DNA from: Octopus bimaculoides
Taxonomy: Eukaryota
DNA length: 64,000 nt
Direction of reading: 5' to 3'
Assembly (NCBI RefSeq): GCF_001194135.2
Contig: NC_068983.1
Span: forward strand, 65,968,044 to 66,032,043
Made by a program: the position numbers and the translations under genes. Numbering within the stretch: the stretch's first letter is position 1; every line of letters begins with the position of its first letter. The notes under the pieces are model-generated. The model was not told where the DNA came from, made no database searches, and worked only from the letters and a program-made list of their open reading frames with translations. This document shows, in pieces, positions 25,498 to 39,175 of this stretch.

Positions 25498-26096
25498 GTT
25501 TCAGATTACGATGACATTTACCTATCTTCTGTCTTGTATGAAACATTAAAGATTCTTCCATTCTGTTCCTTTTCTTTCACATACACATTTCTACCGTAGC
25601 TCTAATGGATTATTAACATTTTATTGGGTACTCTCCACTCGTTTATAGATGAATTGAAATATGTGTAGCTATTACACACACACACACATACACACACACG
25701 TTTGTGTGTGTTGGTTTGTATTTCTGACAATACGTATTCGTTCACTTATTTTTCTATATTTTATTAAGATATTAACAAGTTCGTTAATGTTAAATGCTTT
25801 TATTCTCTCCTTTTTTTAATTCTTCATCTGTGAAAAGAATCTAAAAACCTTTTTAGCAAGTATTCTATATTGACGTTCTCTGTCTTTATGGGTCCTCACT
25901 GTCCTCATCCATCTATACATATTTATTAGCGGTTTTAATGTACACTGAACATACAAATATGTAATTCTTATTTATAGAGGGTTTCTGATTACATTTTTAA
26001 ATAATATAACGATGAGTCTGACAATTTACACTGTTTTCATTAACAGAAATAATCACAGTAGAGTTACATTCAATGATGAAGAAGTAGTTTGCTGCT

Positions 26097-26306
26097 AGGC
26101 GAGCTGGCAGAATTGTTGGCCTGTCGGACAAAATACTTAGCGGCATTTTCCGGTATTTTACCTTCAGAGTTCAAATGCCATTAATGTCAACTTTGATTTT
26201 CATTTTGTCGGAGTCGATAAGATATAATTTCATTAAAGTAGTGGAGTCGATGTAATCGAGTCCCCTTTCTATCCCCAAACTTGCTGACTTCGTGTCATAG
26301 TTTGAA
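26097..26306 (+). mobile_element. SINE family A
   Basis: Head, core and tail similarity. Confidence 0.8.
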
Positions 26307-26734
26307 AAATTATTATCCGTCCGAAGAAACAAGAGAAAGACAACTCAAAAGTATATGACTTACATTAGCCTTTATCGTGCATAGTATATCTAGCCCTCTA
26401 GTAAACTTGCTAACTATATTAAAATGTTTCTAAAATGCTTTCGAAAAGAGGCTTCAACCATCTATTTGTCTAACAGAATGATGGGACTTTATATTTTCAA
26501 TATTTTCATCTGCAATAACAGAAATTTAGTTAAATTCTGCCATTAGATAAAAATAACATTGTTAGCTAACACTATTCTTTAATTGAACAAGGGAGGCACC
26601 TCTGACTGTTTTTTTCTTTTAATTCCAGATTTGCATTAAGTATTGGAATTCTTGAGTCATATGCATGTAGTATGCTTCGGGTTTCTTTGATTTTGTTTTT
26701 GTTTTGTTGGGGGGGGGTTTTTTTGCATATCTCT

Positions 26735-27042
26735 GAAGGCGCATGGTTCAGTGGTTAGAGCATCGAGCTTACGATGTTGTGTTCTTGAGCTGCATGTTGT
26801 GTTCTTGAGCTGCATGTTGTGTTCTTGAGCAAGACACTATTTCACTTTGCTCTAGTTAACTCAGCTGTAGAAATGAGTTGCGACATCACTGGTGCCAAGC
26901 TGTATCGGCGTTTGCTTTTCCCTTGGTGTGGAGAGGGGAGGCTTGTATGCATAGATGACTGCTGGCCTTCCACAAACAACAATGCCCGGACTTGTGCTCG
27001 GAGGGTAACTTTCTAAGTGCAATCCCATGGTCATTCATGGGA
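26735..27042 (+). mobile_element. tRNA-derived SINE, family D, with an internal 20-bp tandem repeat (about 2.9 copies)
   Basis: GGCGCATGGTTCAGTGGTTAGAGC head; ATGTTGTGTTCTTGAGCTGC repeated at 26774-26830; TTGAGCAAGACACT body. Confidence 0.65.
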
Positions 27043-27637
27043 TGCAACCGCATGTGTAGGTTATGTCATGCTTCTGTGGAATACATCACGCATGTGATTA
27101 GCAGCTGTCCTAAAATGTCGTCACGGTACTACTTCTCTATACGGCACGATGTTGTTGCTAAAACAACTTACAATGCCATCCGGAAAAAAAGACTGTCCTG
27201 AAACAAACTTAGAAAATCCTTATTATGGAATATATTCATAAACACCAACTCAAGGAACACTGATGGGATATTCCCATCAAAATTTCTGTCAAATGTAAAC
27301 ATAACATACCGGATATTGTTGCTTGGGACAGAGGGACAAAGGTATGTACCATCATAGAGGTCAGCTGCCTAGCAGATATCTCTTTAAAAATCAAAGGAAA
27401 AGAAGATATCTATGTACAACTACTTAGAAACATCCACTTTCTATATGCGGATTATGAATTCATATTCATACCATTAATAATTGGAGCATTAAGTTTGTTA
27501 GTAAATGCTTAAAGGAAAATCTGGATAAACTGGGATTTTCAGAAAGAGAAATCGACCAGCTAAATCATACATTACAAGTGCAATCTGTGAGTGTAACAGT
27601 AAAAATATGCAAGACTTTTCTCAAGTTCCAAATGTGA
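27043..27637 (+). mobile_element. R4/Dong-type non-LTR retrotransposon C-terminal fragment (CCHC knuckle + restriction-like endonuclease)
   Basis: CRLCHASVEYITHVISSCPKMS..RHDVVAK; KHNIPDIVAWDRGTKVCTIIEVSC (PD-(D/E)xK type); FIPLIIGAL; KICKTFLKF*; several stops and frameshifts. Confidence 0.8.
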
Positions 27638-28744
27638 ATTTTTCTGTGTTAACTAAACCCCAAAGATGGAGCCTTGTATCTTTGTTGGAAACTGACTCCC
27701 TCCTCAGTAGGAGATTTATAATAAAAAAATAGAAGAGACATACATACATACATACACACATACATGCACACATACATACACACATACATGCACACATACA
27801 TACACACATATATACTGCTTAATAGTATCCAATTGACTGGTAAACTTATATTCTACTGAATTTATTGGGAAAAATTATGCACCAGAACATCAGAACAGTT
27901 TATATTATTTGTAGATGTTTATTGTTTCCCGAAAAGAATTGTCTTTCTACGTGAAGTGTGGAATAGTTGATGGTTGTCAATTATAATTCTTTTGAAATCT
28001 ATGATGCGTCTTAGAAATATAAATCGACCACAATAATTGACTGATACTTTATTTCTTCGACTTGATGGCGGTGAAGTGAGATCTCAGTGCGTGAAGAACT
28101 GTAACCAAATACCACTAGGCATTTTCGTGGGAGACTTTAGCGATTCAACCAATCCACTGAAACATAAAATAACGAAAGTATTTATTTAGAAAACTCTACA
28201 TGGAGATAGTATGAATGACAATAAATAAACAAAACAACGCATAAGATCACAACCTAGTAACAAACTGACACCAGACATCAGTGTCAAATTATTTACTGGC
28301 TGTTGAATGAAACTGAACGTCAAAGTTCAAAACATTCAAACTCGGTGGCAACGAATGAGAAACAAATGGAAAATATTTCGTATTATTCTCACCTATACTA
28401 AAAGAAAAATAACAACAGCTACTAATATTTTTTCATCCGAATGATGTAACCAAGACGATCTTGAAATTGTCACGGAAACGTAATGGGGCAAACAAAACAT
28501 GGTAGACTTATAAAGAAATGTAAAATCAGTAGTGCAAAGTTGTGGCTTCAATAATTTGTGTTTCAAATAAAGTCATTTTCCATCAACATACCCACCTAAC
28601 CAAAACTGAAATATGCATGTGAATATACATATCAATGTGTACGTATACATATATAATCTTAATACAGTACATATGGTGAAATACAACCCCCTCCACACAC
28701 ACACACGTGGGGAGGGGTGGTATCAATGAAGAGAGAAGGTAGGT

Positions 28745-31500
28745 AGGAGTGAAGAGAGGAGGGGAGTTGAGCCCATGTGACGCAAAGGAGCGAAGAGAGA
28801 AGATTAAATCCTGTTCATATGGCGAAGGCGGGGGTCCGGATGGACCCTGTGCAAAGACGGTCCGAACACAGACAGGTGTTGTAGTCAATGACCGGTAGAG
28901 CGGAAATGGTGCGAGACCGGGTTGTCATTGCCGAGTCTGATGTCTTAGAGTTACTCCGCGAACCGGTCAGCTAAGCGGCGTCTCTTTTGACCGATGTACA
29001 GAGAAGGGCAGAAAGAGCAGGAGATGCAGTAAATGACGTTGTTAGAAGTGCAGGTAAATGAGTCGGTGATATGATAGGGATGATGATGGTGCCTGTGAGG
29101 GTGGTGGTGTTGGAGTGGTAGGAGCAAGTGCTGCAGCGTGGGTAAAAACTGTAGACCAGGAGGTCATGCTGGTTGTGGACTCGTTCGAAGGAAGGAAGAG
29201 GTAGATTGGAGAAGATGTGTGAAGTGGAGAGGTTGGACTGGAGTCACCGGAAGGCTCGGAGAATAGTGCGTTGGAGAGGCAGGGTAGAGGGGTGGTAGGT
29301 GAGTCGAAATGAGAGACGGGCAACAGCGAAGTGGGTGCAGGAAGAGAGAGCGGTGGCACGGTCCACGGAACGTGCTCTGGCAAGGGTTGCGTGGATAATG
29401 AGGGGATATCCACTGAGGATGAAGTGGTGAACCATGAGTTGAGACTGAGTCTCTAAGCCATGGTTATCACTGCAGAGCCTGCACCGACGGAGGAATTGTG
29501 AGTTATGGATGGAGAGCTTAGAATGGGTAGGATTGGAGGAGGAGAAGTTAAGGTAAGGGTGTGAGTCAGTGTGTTTGTAGTGAATGGAGGTAGTGAGAGA
29601 AGAGTTGTGTATATTGACCGAAATGTTGTGAAATGTGAGGGAACTGTTGGAAATAGTGCAGGAGAATTCGAGGGCAAGATGGAAGGACTGGACAAAGAGA
29701 GAGGAAGCAGTCTAGTTGTTCACGGGAGAGTGAAATCGCACAGAAAGTGAGGTCGCACGGGAGAGTGATGTCGCACGGGAGAGTGAGGTCGCACGGGAGA
29801 GTGAGGTCGCACAGAGTGAGGTCGCACAGAGTGAGGTCGCACAGAGTGAGGTCGCACAGAGTGAGGTCGCGCAAAGTGAAGTCGCACAGAATGAGGTCGC
29901 ACAGAGTGAGGTCGCACAGAGTGAGGTCGCACATAAACATCAGCATAACGTCCGTATATTTCAGGAGTGGGCCCAGTGAATCTTGAGAATAATTGGGCCT
30001 CANNNNNNNNNNNNNNNNNNNNNNNNNNNNNNNNNNNNNNNNNNNNNNNNNNNNNNNNNNNNNNNNNNNNNNNNNNNNNNNNNNNNNNNNNNNNNNNNNN
30101 NNNNNNNNNNNNNNNNNNNNNNNNNNNNNNNNNNNNNNNNNNNNNNNNNNNNNNNNNNNNNNNNNNNNNNNNNNNNNNNNNNNNNNNNNNNNNNNNNNNN
30201 NNNNNNNNNNNNNNNNNNNNNNNNNNNNNNNNNNNNNNNNNNNNNNNNNNNNNNNNNNNNNNNNNNNNNNNNNNNNNNNNNNNNNNNNNNNNNNNNNNNN
30301 NNNNNNNNNNNNNNNNNNNNNNNNNNNNNNNNNNNNNNNNNNNNNNNNNNNNNNNNNNNNNNNNNNNNNNNNNNNNNNNNNNNNNNNNNNNNNNNNNNNN
30401 NNNNNNNNNNNNNNNNNNNNNNNNNNNNNNNNNNNNNNNNNNNNNNNNNNNNNNNNNNNNNNNNNNNNNNNNNNNNNNNNNNNNNNNNNNNNNNNNNNNN
30501 NNNNNNNNNNNNNNNNNNNNNNNNNNNNNNNNNNNNNNNNNNNNNNNNNNNNNNNNNNNNNNNNNNNNNNNNNNNNNNNNNNNNNNNNNNNNNNNNNNNN
30601 NNNNNNNNNNNNNNNNNNNNNNNNNNNNNNNNNNNNNNNNNNNNNNNNNNNNNNNNNNNNNNNNNNNNNNNNNNNNNNNNNNNNNNNNNNNNNNNNNNNN
30701 NNNNNNNNNNNNNNNNNNNNNNNNNNNNNNNNNNNNNNNNNNNNNNNNNNNNNCGGTCAGTTTTATGATGGTGTCTTTGCGGCGTCGGTGACATCGAAGG
30801 GCCGAGAGTTCGACCGGTGAGATGTTGAATCGTCGGGGACGCCTGCGAAAGATAAACTGGTCCATAACACGTTGGCAGACGCTTGCAAAATGATCAACTT
30901 CTTAGAACTGGCCAGGAGCTAGGGTCCAGTGGGATAGTCGGCGGCCCAGATCGGCGGCCCAGATCGGTGACGCAGTCCTCTTCATTAGATGCAGGTGGAG
31001 TGTTGTGGAATAGTGCATATAGCCTGACGCGGCGCACAAAGCTACAAATATCAGCACGGGTCTGAAATTCATCACTGGATGGAGTGGGGGAGATAAAGCG
31101 CAGACCCTTACTGAGAAGAGAGAAAGATCAGGAGGAATGGTAACAACAAACTGAAGTAGGGAGGGGTGGATGAGTTAAACGTGGGAGGGTTGTGGGGGCA
31201 GTGGGAGGCTAGGAGGCAGTGGAAGGCTGGGAGGAGAGAGAGGAGAATAAGTGCGTGGGAAAGGTTGGAGTAACGGAAGAGTTCGGGTGAGGATGAGGGG
31301 GAGTGTATCGGGGAAGGAGAGGAATGGGAAGGGGCGAGAGTAGTAGCATCGGGTGGGACAGAATGTTGGAGTCAGTGGAGTTGATGTTGCTTAGTACGAG
31401 CGAGGAGCTCATGGAAAATATGATTTAAATAGATTATGAAGCGTAGAATCGAAGGTGCAAAACGTGAAAGACAGGAGAAAAGGGTGGAATAAGCGAGAGT
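28745..31500 (-). mobile_element. Penelope-like retroelement, RT + GIY-YIG endonuclease, decayed; N-gap 30003-30753
   Basis: VVTIPPDL..SKGLRF; RRRKDTIIKLT(D); YGRYAD (YIDD relic); HYKHTDSHPYLNFSSSNP..SQFLRRCRLCS; GYP..RAR; TYHP; FTCTSNNVIYCISCSFCPSLYIGQ..RL.DRF..PVSHHF..EQDLIF..GLN. Confidence 0.9.
29730..29932. repeat. 15/18-bp minisatellite, 13 units (GTGAGGTCGCACAGA / GTGAGGTCGCACGGGAGA)
   Basis: One 17-mer, three 18-mers (29747-29800), eight 15-mers and one partial unit (29801-29932). Confidence 0.95.
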
Positions 31501-32457
31501 ACTTATGTATCACTTCGAAAATCTAAGAGCTTACACTTGTATACATGTGTGTGTGTTCTCATTTTATATATATGTAGTTTATATTCATGGAACCAGAAAA
31601 TATATATATATACATACACGCACACACACATACATATATATGTATATATATATATATATATATATNNNNNNNNNNNNNNNNNNNNNNNNNNNNNNNNNNN
31701 NNNNNNNNNNNNNNNNNNNNNNNNNNNNNNNNNNNNNNNNNNNNNNNNNNNNNNNNNNNNNNNNNNNNNNNNNNNNNNNNNNNNNNNNNNNNNNNNNNNN
31801 NNNNNNNNNNNNNNNNNNNNNNNNNNNNNNNNNNNNNNNNNNNNNNNNNNNNNNNNNNNNNNNNNNNNNNNNNNNNNNNNNNNNNNNNNNNNNNNNNNNN
31901 NNNNNNNNNNNNNNNNNNNNNNNNNNNNNNNNNNNNNNNNNNNNNNNNNNNNNNNNNNNNNNNNNNNNNNNNNNNNNNNNNNNNNNNNNNNNNNNNNNNN
32001 NNNNNNNNNNNNNNNNNNNNNNNNNNNNNNNNNNNNNNNNNNNNNNNNNNNNNNNNNNNNNNNNNNNNNNNNNNNNNNNNNNNNNNNNNNNNNNNNNNNN
32101 NNNNNNNNNNNNNNNNNNNNNNNNNNNNNNNNNNNNNNNNNNNNNNNNNNNNNNNNNNNNNNNNNNNNNNNNNNNNNNNNNNNNNNNNNNNNNNNNNNNN
32201 NNNNNNNNNNNNNNNNNNNNNNNNNNNNNNNNNNNNNNNNNNNNNNNNNNNNNNNNNNNNNNNNNNNNNNNNNNNNNNNNNNNNNNNNNNNNNNNNNNNN
32301 NNNNNNNNNNNNNNNNNNNNNNNNNNNNNNNNNNNNNNNNNNNNNNNNNNNNNNNNNNNNNNNNNNNNNNNNNNNNNNNNNNNNNNNNNNNNNNNNNNNN
32401 NNNNNNNNNNNNNNNNNNNNNNNNNNNNNNNNNNNNNNNNNNNNNNNNNNNNNNNNA

Positions 32458-33500
32458 AAGAACACAATGGTGAAATAAAACAATATTTCTTCGAAGATAT
32501 CGAATTTTTCGTACCTGCGGCGTCACAAACTTCGCAGACATATGAGTTCACTGTCGAACAATGAGTGCCATAGTGCCGATTATTCCCTTGCTTAAAACAG
32601 GACCGAGTACCTTCTATAGGGTGTTCAAAAAGTCTGTCCGCAGTAAGTAGTTTATTGCAAAATAAATATTTATAAGATGGTGTAAGTCTACAAATGAATA
32701 TATTAGACTTTACAAGACCTTAAAATCTTTATAAGAGGTGTTGAAAGTGTCGTCCTTCATTTTCAATACATAAGTTGACTCTTCTACACATGATTTGACT
32801 GTGTGAAGGTTATGATTGCGTCTTTTAGCTCATTAATAGTTTTCGGGCGATTCCTATACACTGATCCTTTACTTGGTCCTCAGAAAAAAAATCTGGCGGT
32901 GTTAAATTAGATGCTTTTGGTGTCCAAAATCCCTTCAAAATAATCCATTCAGCGAAAAACTCTTGGAGAGTCGGGATGCAAAACATTCACTGCGGAGAGA
33001 CATTTTGAACACCCTGTATTTGTTGAGTATGGGTCCCGTCTTGTAAGTTTACAAATTCGACACTGTTTTACAGTTCTATGGTGAAATTGGTACCATGGTA
33101 TCTCGGGAAAATGCGACTCTTAGCCCCACAGATCACTGTAAATAATTGTTCCCGGCAGAACTGATTGTCGAACGCAATCTTCGAGTGTTTCACGATCTCG
33201 AGAAGGCACAGCGAAATGAAATAAATTATTCTCAAGTTTCGCAATACACATCGCTGAAGACCCAGTGTTCGGGTTGCATTCGAATTCCCGTTGTATTTTC
33301 TCCTCGAAAATACAATTTTATTTATTTCAACAATTTTGCTAGGACCACGACCAATCTTCATTGGATTGCGAAGCAAATGTTCCGCGCAGTTTTCCCGTAA
33401 ATAATAGTTATAGTTTACCAATCCCTGATTCGTCCTTGTAAATCCTAATAGTTGTCTATGCTTCCATCCACAGCAGTATGAGTAAACAACAATATATAGG
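32458..33500 (-). mobile_element. Merlin (ISXO2/IS1595-like) DNA transposase relic, interrupted by a MITE
   Basis: LRENCAEHLLRNPMKIG.GP.KIVEI..VFSRRKYN; DRETLEDCVRQSVLPGTIIYSDLWG; HHRTV..VEFVNLQDGTHTQQI|EGTRSCFKQ..YVCE..*RRRY. Confidence 0.8.
32617..33016 (-). mobile_element. 400-bp internally deleted Tc1/mariner element (rosa/maT-like) with 28-bp TIRs and TA TSD
   Basis: TA|TAGGGTGTTCAAAAAGTCTGTCCGCAGT ... ACTGCGGAGAGACATTTTGAACACCCTG|TA; retains LTPPDFF..VYRNRPKTINELKDAI..CIENEGRHFQHLL*. Confidence 0.85.
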
Positions 33501-35436
33501 AGTTGCTATGACAACAAACAGTCTCGACTACCGCTGTGAGGACACTGGCTTGAAATGCATTGACTAAAAATGCATAAATTTTAAAACCTTTAATTTATTT
33601 TCCAATATAATGAATATGATGTTCGTCATCAACCAGCAAAACTAAATCAAAGTACATGCTTTGAAAATGTTCAGATTAAAATTTGTGGTTGATAGAAAAC
33701 GTAAAACAAAACAAGATCCTTGGCTTTAATTCAAAGGTGGTTGTGTTTCGCTGTTTGTGTGTGAGAGTGTGTGTGAGTGTGTATACGTGCGTGTACGCCC
33801 GCGTGTGTATCTTTGTGTCTATTTTATTTATATGTGTAATGAATATCTGTTGTTGCTGTTAATGCTATTCGGAGACCGGCATATCAAATAATAGATTCAA
33901 CGTTTCTCCTGCTAGTCGTAAAACGTAACTAAAAGAGATTGAGGTAGGATTCTGCCATTGTAAACCTTTCACCAGCAACGACTACCCAAATAGTCCCATG
34001 GGTTGTAGGGTTGCCGCCTGAGTGGTGCAAAGGCTTCATCTGGTTGATGGAGTGACGCTCTGCCTCAGTGCATGGCCCCATACTACTACTACTACTGTTG
34101 TTGTTGTTGTTGTTGATGTCGTTTTAACCGCAAGCAAACTCATCGAGTAAATCTATGATCAGCAGTATTCTAGCCCTGATCATTTAGCGGTACATACTGA
34201 GAAAACTGAAATATCTAATATGTCCTTCTCATGTATATGACTGCAGTGTGTAGTTTGAGAAAGATTAGGGTACTGTTTCTGGCAGGTAGAATGATCACGT
34301 TGTCTCCAGTGAGTATCTGTTGAATGTGGAATTGTATGTCTTTGTTATCAAGTGTAATTTATTATATGTATTTATTATAGCTGGCGCTTCATCGTAATAT
34401 GTCTAAAAAGACGTAAAATTTACTCTATTCTCAAAAAAGATAAAGATAAGTTATAGAAATATAACAGTACACAAATAACCATAAAAGAACGATGATAAAA
34501 TCATTTTTCGTGTTAATTCAAGTAACATTTGAAAGAAACAAACGAAGTTATCTGACAACCCTATATTAAATACACAACTATGTTCTAACTTCATCTCACT
34601 TTATTAACGAAACCACATGGTAGCTAAGAAAAATTTTAACCCCCATTTATGACTGGACCTGTATATATTCATGCACATACACACACACACACATACACAC
34701 TCACACATATATATATATGGTTCACAGATGAGATTCGAAGATTCTCCGTATAGAAGACACAAAGTAGTGCTCAAAAGATTCAGACTTAGAGCCCGATGTC
34801 TTTACAGAGGATCATTCCACAAGGTAAAGAAAGGCTATAAGAGGAATCAAGTGGAAAATTAGAATAAGCACAAGAATAAACTATTAGCTCTTTCGTACGT
34901 TTCACCATTGCAGTTATTTGGAACTCAGCATTTGATGCACCTATTATATTTGAATGCTTAACCACAATGGATCACCAGAACATTTTATTGCATTCTCTAT
35001 TCTCTGTAATAGTATACAATGAAGTTTTCGCCCGAAGATCCATTGCGGTTCGACATTCAAATGTTATGTATCTAATGCTGAGCTCCAAATAAGTGCAATG
35101 GTGGAAAGTACGCAGGAGCTAATAATTTGTATTTGTGCTTATCATAATTTTCCACTATATATAAATGTGTGTGTGTATATAGATATATATATATATATAT
35201 ATATATATNNNNNNNNNNNNNNNNNNNNNNNNNNNNNNNNNNNNNNNNNNNNNNNNNNNNNNNNNNNNNNNNNNNNNNNNNNNNNNNNNNNNNNNNNNNN
35301 NNNNNNNNNNNNNNNNNNNNNNNNNNNNNNNNNNNNNNNNNNNNNNNNNNNNNNNNNNNNNNNNNNNNNNNNNNNNNNNNNNNNNNNNNNNNNNNNNNNN
35401 NNNNNNNNNNNNNNNNNNNNNNATACATACATAGTG

Positions 35437-35545
35437 AGAATTTACTAAAAAAAACAAAAGACGAAGACGGGTGTGTAAGCAACAAACAGATGTATTAGTT
35501 TAACGCTCGGGAAGTGAGAAAGTCTTTTACCTTTCGAGTCAACGG
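35437..35545 (-). repeat. Short interspersed terminus-like repeat, related copy at 24405-24492 (possibly Penelope-derived)
   Basis: Shared GAGAATT.AC..AAAAAACAA..GACGAAGAC.GGTG.GTAA.CAACAAA..GATGTATTA.T.TAACGCTCGGGAA. Confidence 0.55.
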
Positions 35546-36678
35546 TGAGTTTCTTTCTGTTTCCGAATACCAAATCAACTCGCGTGGCTTTATTCGGCCC
35601 GAAGCTATAGTAGAAAATATTTGCCGTTGGTGCCACGTAATGAGACTGAACTCGGAACCATATGGTTGGAAAGCAACCGTCTTACCACACAGCTCTGCCT
35701 AAGTAATTTTATTTTAACACGCTTCAGCACTTGAAATAATTCGAATGTTTATACTAAATTAATCCCAATTTTGCAAGCCTCAGCATACTCCAGCAAATGT
35801 GTCGATTGTTGCTTGCATATATATATACGAACAGGAATTGCAGTCCTGCACTAAATGTTAGCAGCAGTGTCTACCAATGAGAAGACAAAATCACGCCGAA
35901 ACTGTATGTCTAGTGGTTTCCTGATATCATTTGGAGCATGGCTTGATGTGTTTTACGCAAAGAGTCTATACTGAAAATCTTTTTCCGAGACAAAATCCTG
36001 CAGTGAATGCCTTTTACGTTGTTGTGTGCAGCAGTATTTTAAAAACAACTGTACACATCTTCATTACAATTTCTCTCTGCTTCGAGAGCTTACGCTAAAA
36101 TTATATATGTTCGCGAGTGTATCTGTATATGAGTACACACATGCGTATACTCATGCACTCATATGTATGTGTGTGTGTGTTTGTGTGTGTGTTTGTGTGT
36201 GTGTATGACGATGCGTGTGTGTGTGTATGTGTGTGTGAGTGTGTGTATATGTGTGTGAGTGTGTGTATGTGTGTGTGTGCGCGTGTGTGTGTGTGTGTAT
36301 GTATGTGTGTGTCACTAGTTTTCAATCTATTCGACTTCGTGACGCATTGGAAATCAAATCAAAGAAATTACTCTCGCACTTAGCTTGGTAAGATATATAA
36401 AACAAAAAGAGAGAGAGAGAGATAGCTTTTAAAATTACATTTCCAGAAAAAATATAGACTCTTCTTCCTTGTCTCATTATACATACTTGTGTATGACGAA
36501 ATAATAGACAACATGTTTTTCAAGTATTACTGTGAATATTCTAAAAATTAAAATGTTTTTTTTTAAAGTTGCGGTGCAACTAAATACACTTAGCGCAACA
36601 CCTTTTCCGAATCACTAGCCACCACTAATGTGCGAGTCCAACTGTGTACACGTATATGTATGCATGTAGATATATGTC

Positions 36679-36727
<49 letters not shown>

Positions 36728-36768
36728 ACATACATGTATGTGTGTGTGCATGTGTGTGTGCATGTGTT

Positions 36769-36957
36769 AGTAAGAAGCTTGTAAGTAGCTTGCTTACCAA
36801 CCATATGGTTCTGGGTTCAGTCCTACTGCGTGGCACCTTGGGCAAGTGTTTTCTGCTATAGCCTCGGGCCGGCCAAAGCCTTGTGAGTGGATTTGGTAGA
36901 CGGAAACTGAAAGAAGCCCGTCGTATATATATATATATATATATATANNNNNNNNNN

Positions 36958-37005
<48 letters not shown>

Positions 37006-37241
37006 GTGTGTGTGTGTGTGTGTGCTTGTGTATCTGTGTTTGTTCCTCCTACCATCGCTTGACAACCGATGTTGGTGTGTCTACGTCTCTACGTCCCCAT
37101 AACTTAGCGGTTCAGTTAAAGTAACCGATAGATTAAGTACTAGGCTTACAAAGACTGAGTCTTGGTGTCGATTTGGTCGACTAAAGGCTGTGCTCCAGCA
37201 TGACCGCAGTTAAATGACTGAAACAAATAAAAGAGTAAAAG
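36769..37241 (+). mobile_element. SINE family C with expanded internal (TA)/(GT) tract
   Basis: Collinear with the other family C copies. Confidence 0.85.
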
Positions 37242-37691
37242 ATATATGTGTGTGTGTGTATGTATGTATGTATGTATGTATGTATGTATGTATGAGTTTA
37301 CATCCTCGTAACTTAGCGGCTCAGCAAAAGGGTAGGATAAGTACCAGACTTAAGAAAAAGGTAAGGTGCAGGAAGAGGTTCTATTTCTTCAACTAAACCT
37401 GTCGATTAAAACAAAAGATGAAAGACATGTAAACGAACGTATATAAATACACAAATTGTACGCACGCCCACACAGTATGACATGCTAGAAATAACAGCCA
37501 AGTTTCTCTCCCGGCTTATAAACAAGTTGAATTATATTGGCATTGGTTGGACTGACGGTTCACCATTTGTGTCTACATCTATAAGGGCTGACTTGAATCT
37601 AAAACAACAGCAGAAATTCACTTGTTCCTCTCCTTAACTTACACTACAATTACCACTATATCTAACAACACTACTAATGCTGCTGCTGCTG

Positions 37692-37757
<66 letters not shown>

Positions 37758-37949
37758 AGAATAACACACCATCAACGGAAAGATTTTACGTGGTTTCTCA
37801 CTCTGCTACTTATAGCAGCAGCCAAATATCCTTTCTCAATTCAAACCCAAAGTGTTAAATAAAGGCAATAAGGGGATTTATACAAAGCAGTTCCTGATAG
37901 GCTAAATATACTGGATGTTCATGGTTTGAATGTCTTGAGGAGAAAGGAC

Positions 37950-38174
37950 AAGTCGTTGAAATCGACTAACCCCTTCACCAAAAATTTCAGGCCTTGTGCC
38001 TATAACAGAAAGGATTAATATTTTCATTATTATTATTTCAAATTTCGCCGCCGAAGTCGACTTTGCCTTCCATCTTTTCGAGGTCGATAAATTATATACC
38101 AGTTAAGTACTGGATTCGATGTAACTGACTAGCCTCCTCCTACAAATTTCAGGTCTTCTGCCTACAGTAGAACA

Positions 38175-38175
<1 letters not shown>
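37950..38175 (+). mobile_element. Two partial family A SINE copies in tandem
   Basis: A tail fragment followed by a core+tail fragment. Confidence 0.7.
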
Positions 38176-38211
<36 letters not shown>

Positions 38212-38277
38212 GAATTTTTGTTTCTCGTTCAATATTGTTTCCATTTCTTGCCGAGTGTCTTCCCAACACCTAGGACA

Positions 38278-38319
<42 letters not shown>

Positions 38320-38639
38320 TAGTTATATCCAATCAAGAAACAGTAACAAAATTACCAATACCACTGCTACATACTCTTGTAGCAGCTTAACAACTACAGT
38401 TACTTGTAGAAATGTAATACCAACAGTATCAATGTATTACTAGACGTCATCTACCAACACCATTTCACTAACAACAATGCAACTACAAACATTGCCATAG
38501 CTGTCATAGCATCAGAACGGCCGCCATCACTGCTACTACCACTACTACTACCACCATATTTTGGTTTTGTGAAGGTGATTACACAGTTGACAGTAGCAGA
38601 ATGAAGGGTAATGTTTAGAGGGTTGTAGAGAAATAATGG

Positions 38640-39175
<536 letters not shown>

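Noticed and set aside
29730-29932. CRISPR-like regular repeat or PHSVR repeat protein
   Set aside because: No unique spacers or cas genes and the context is eukaryotic; it is a minisatellite inside a dead retroelement.
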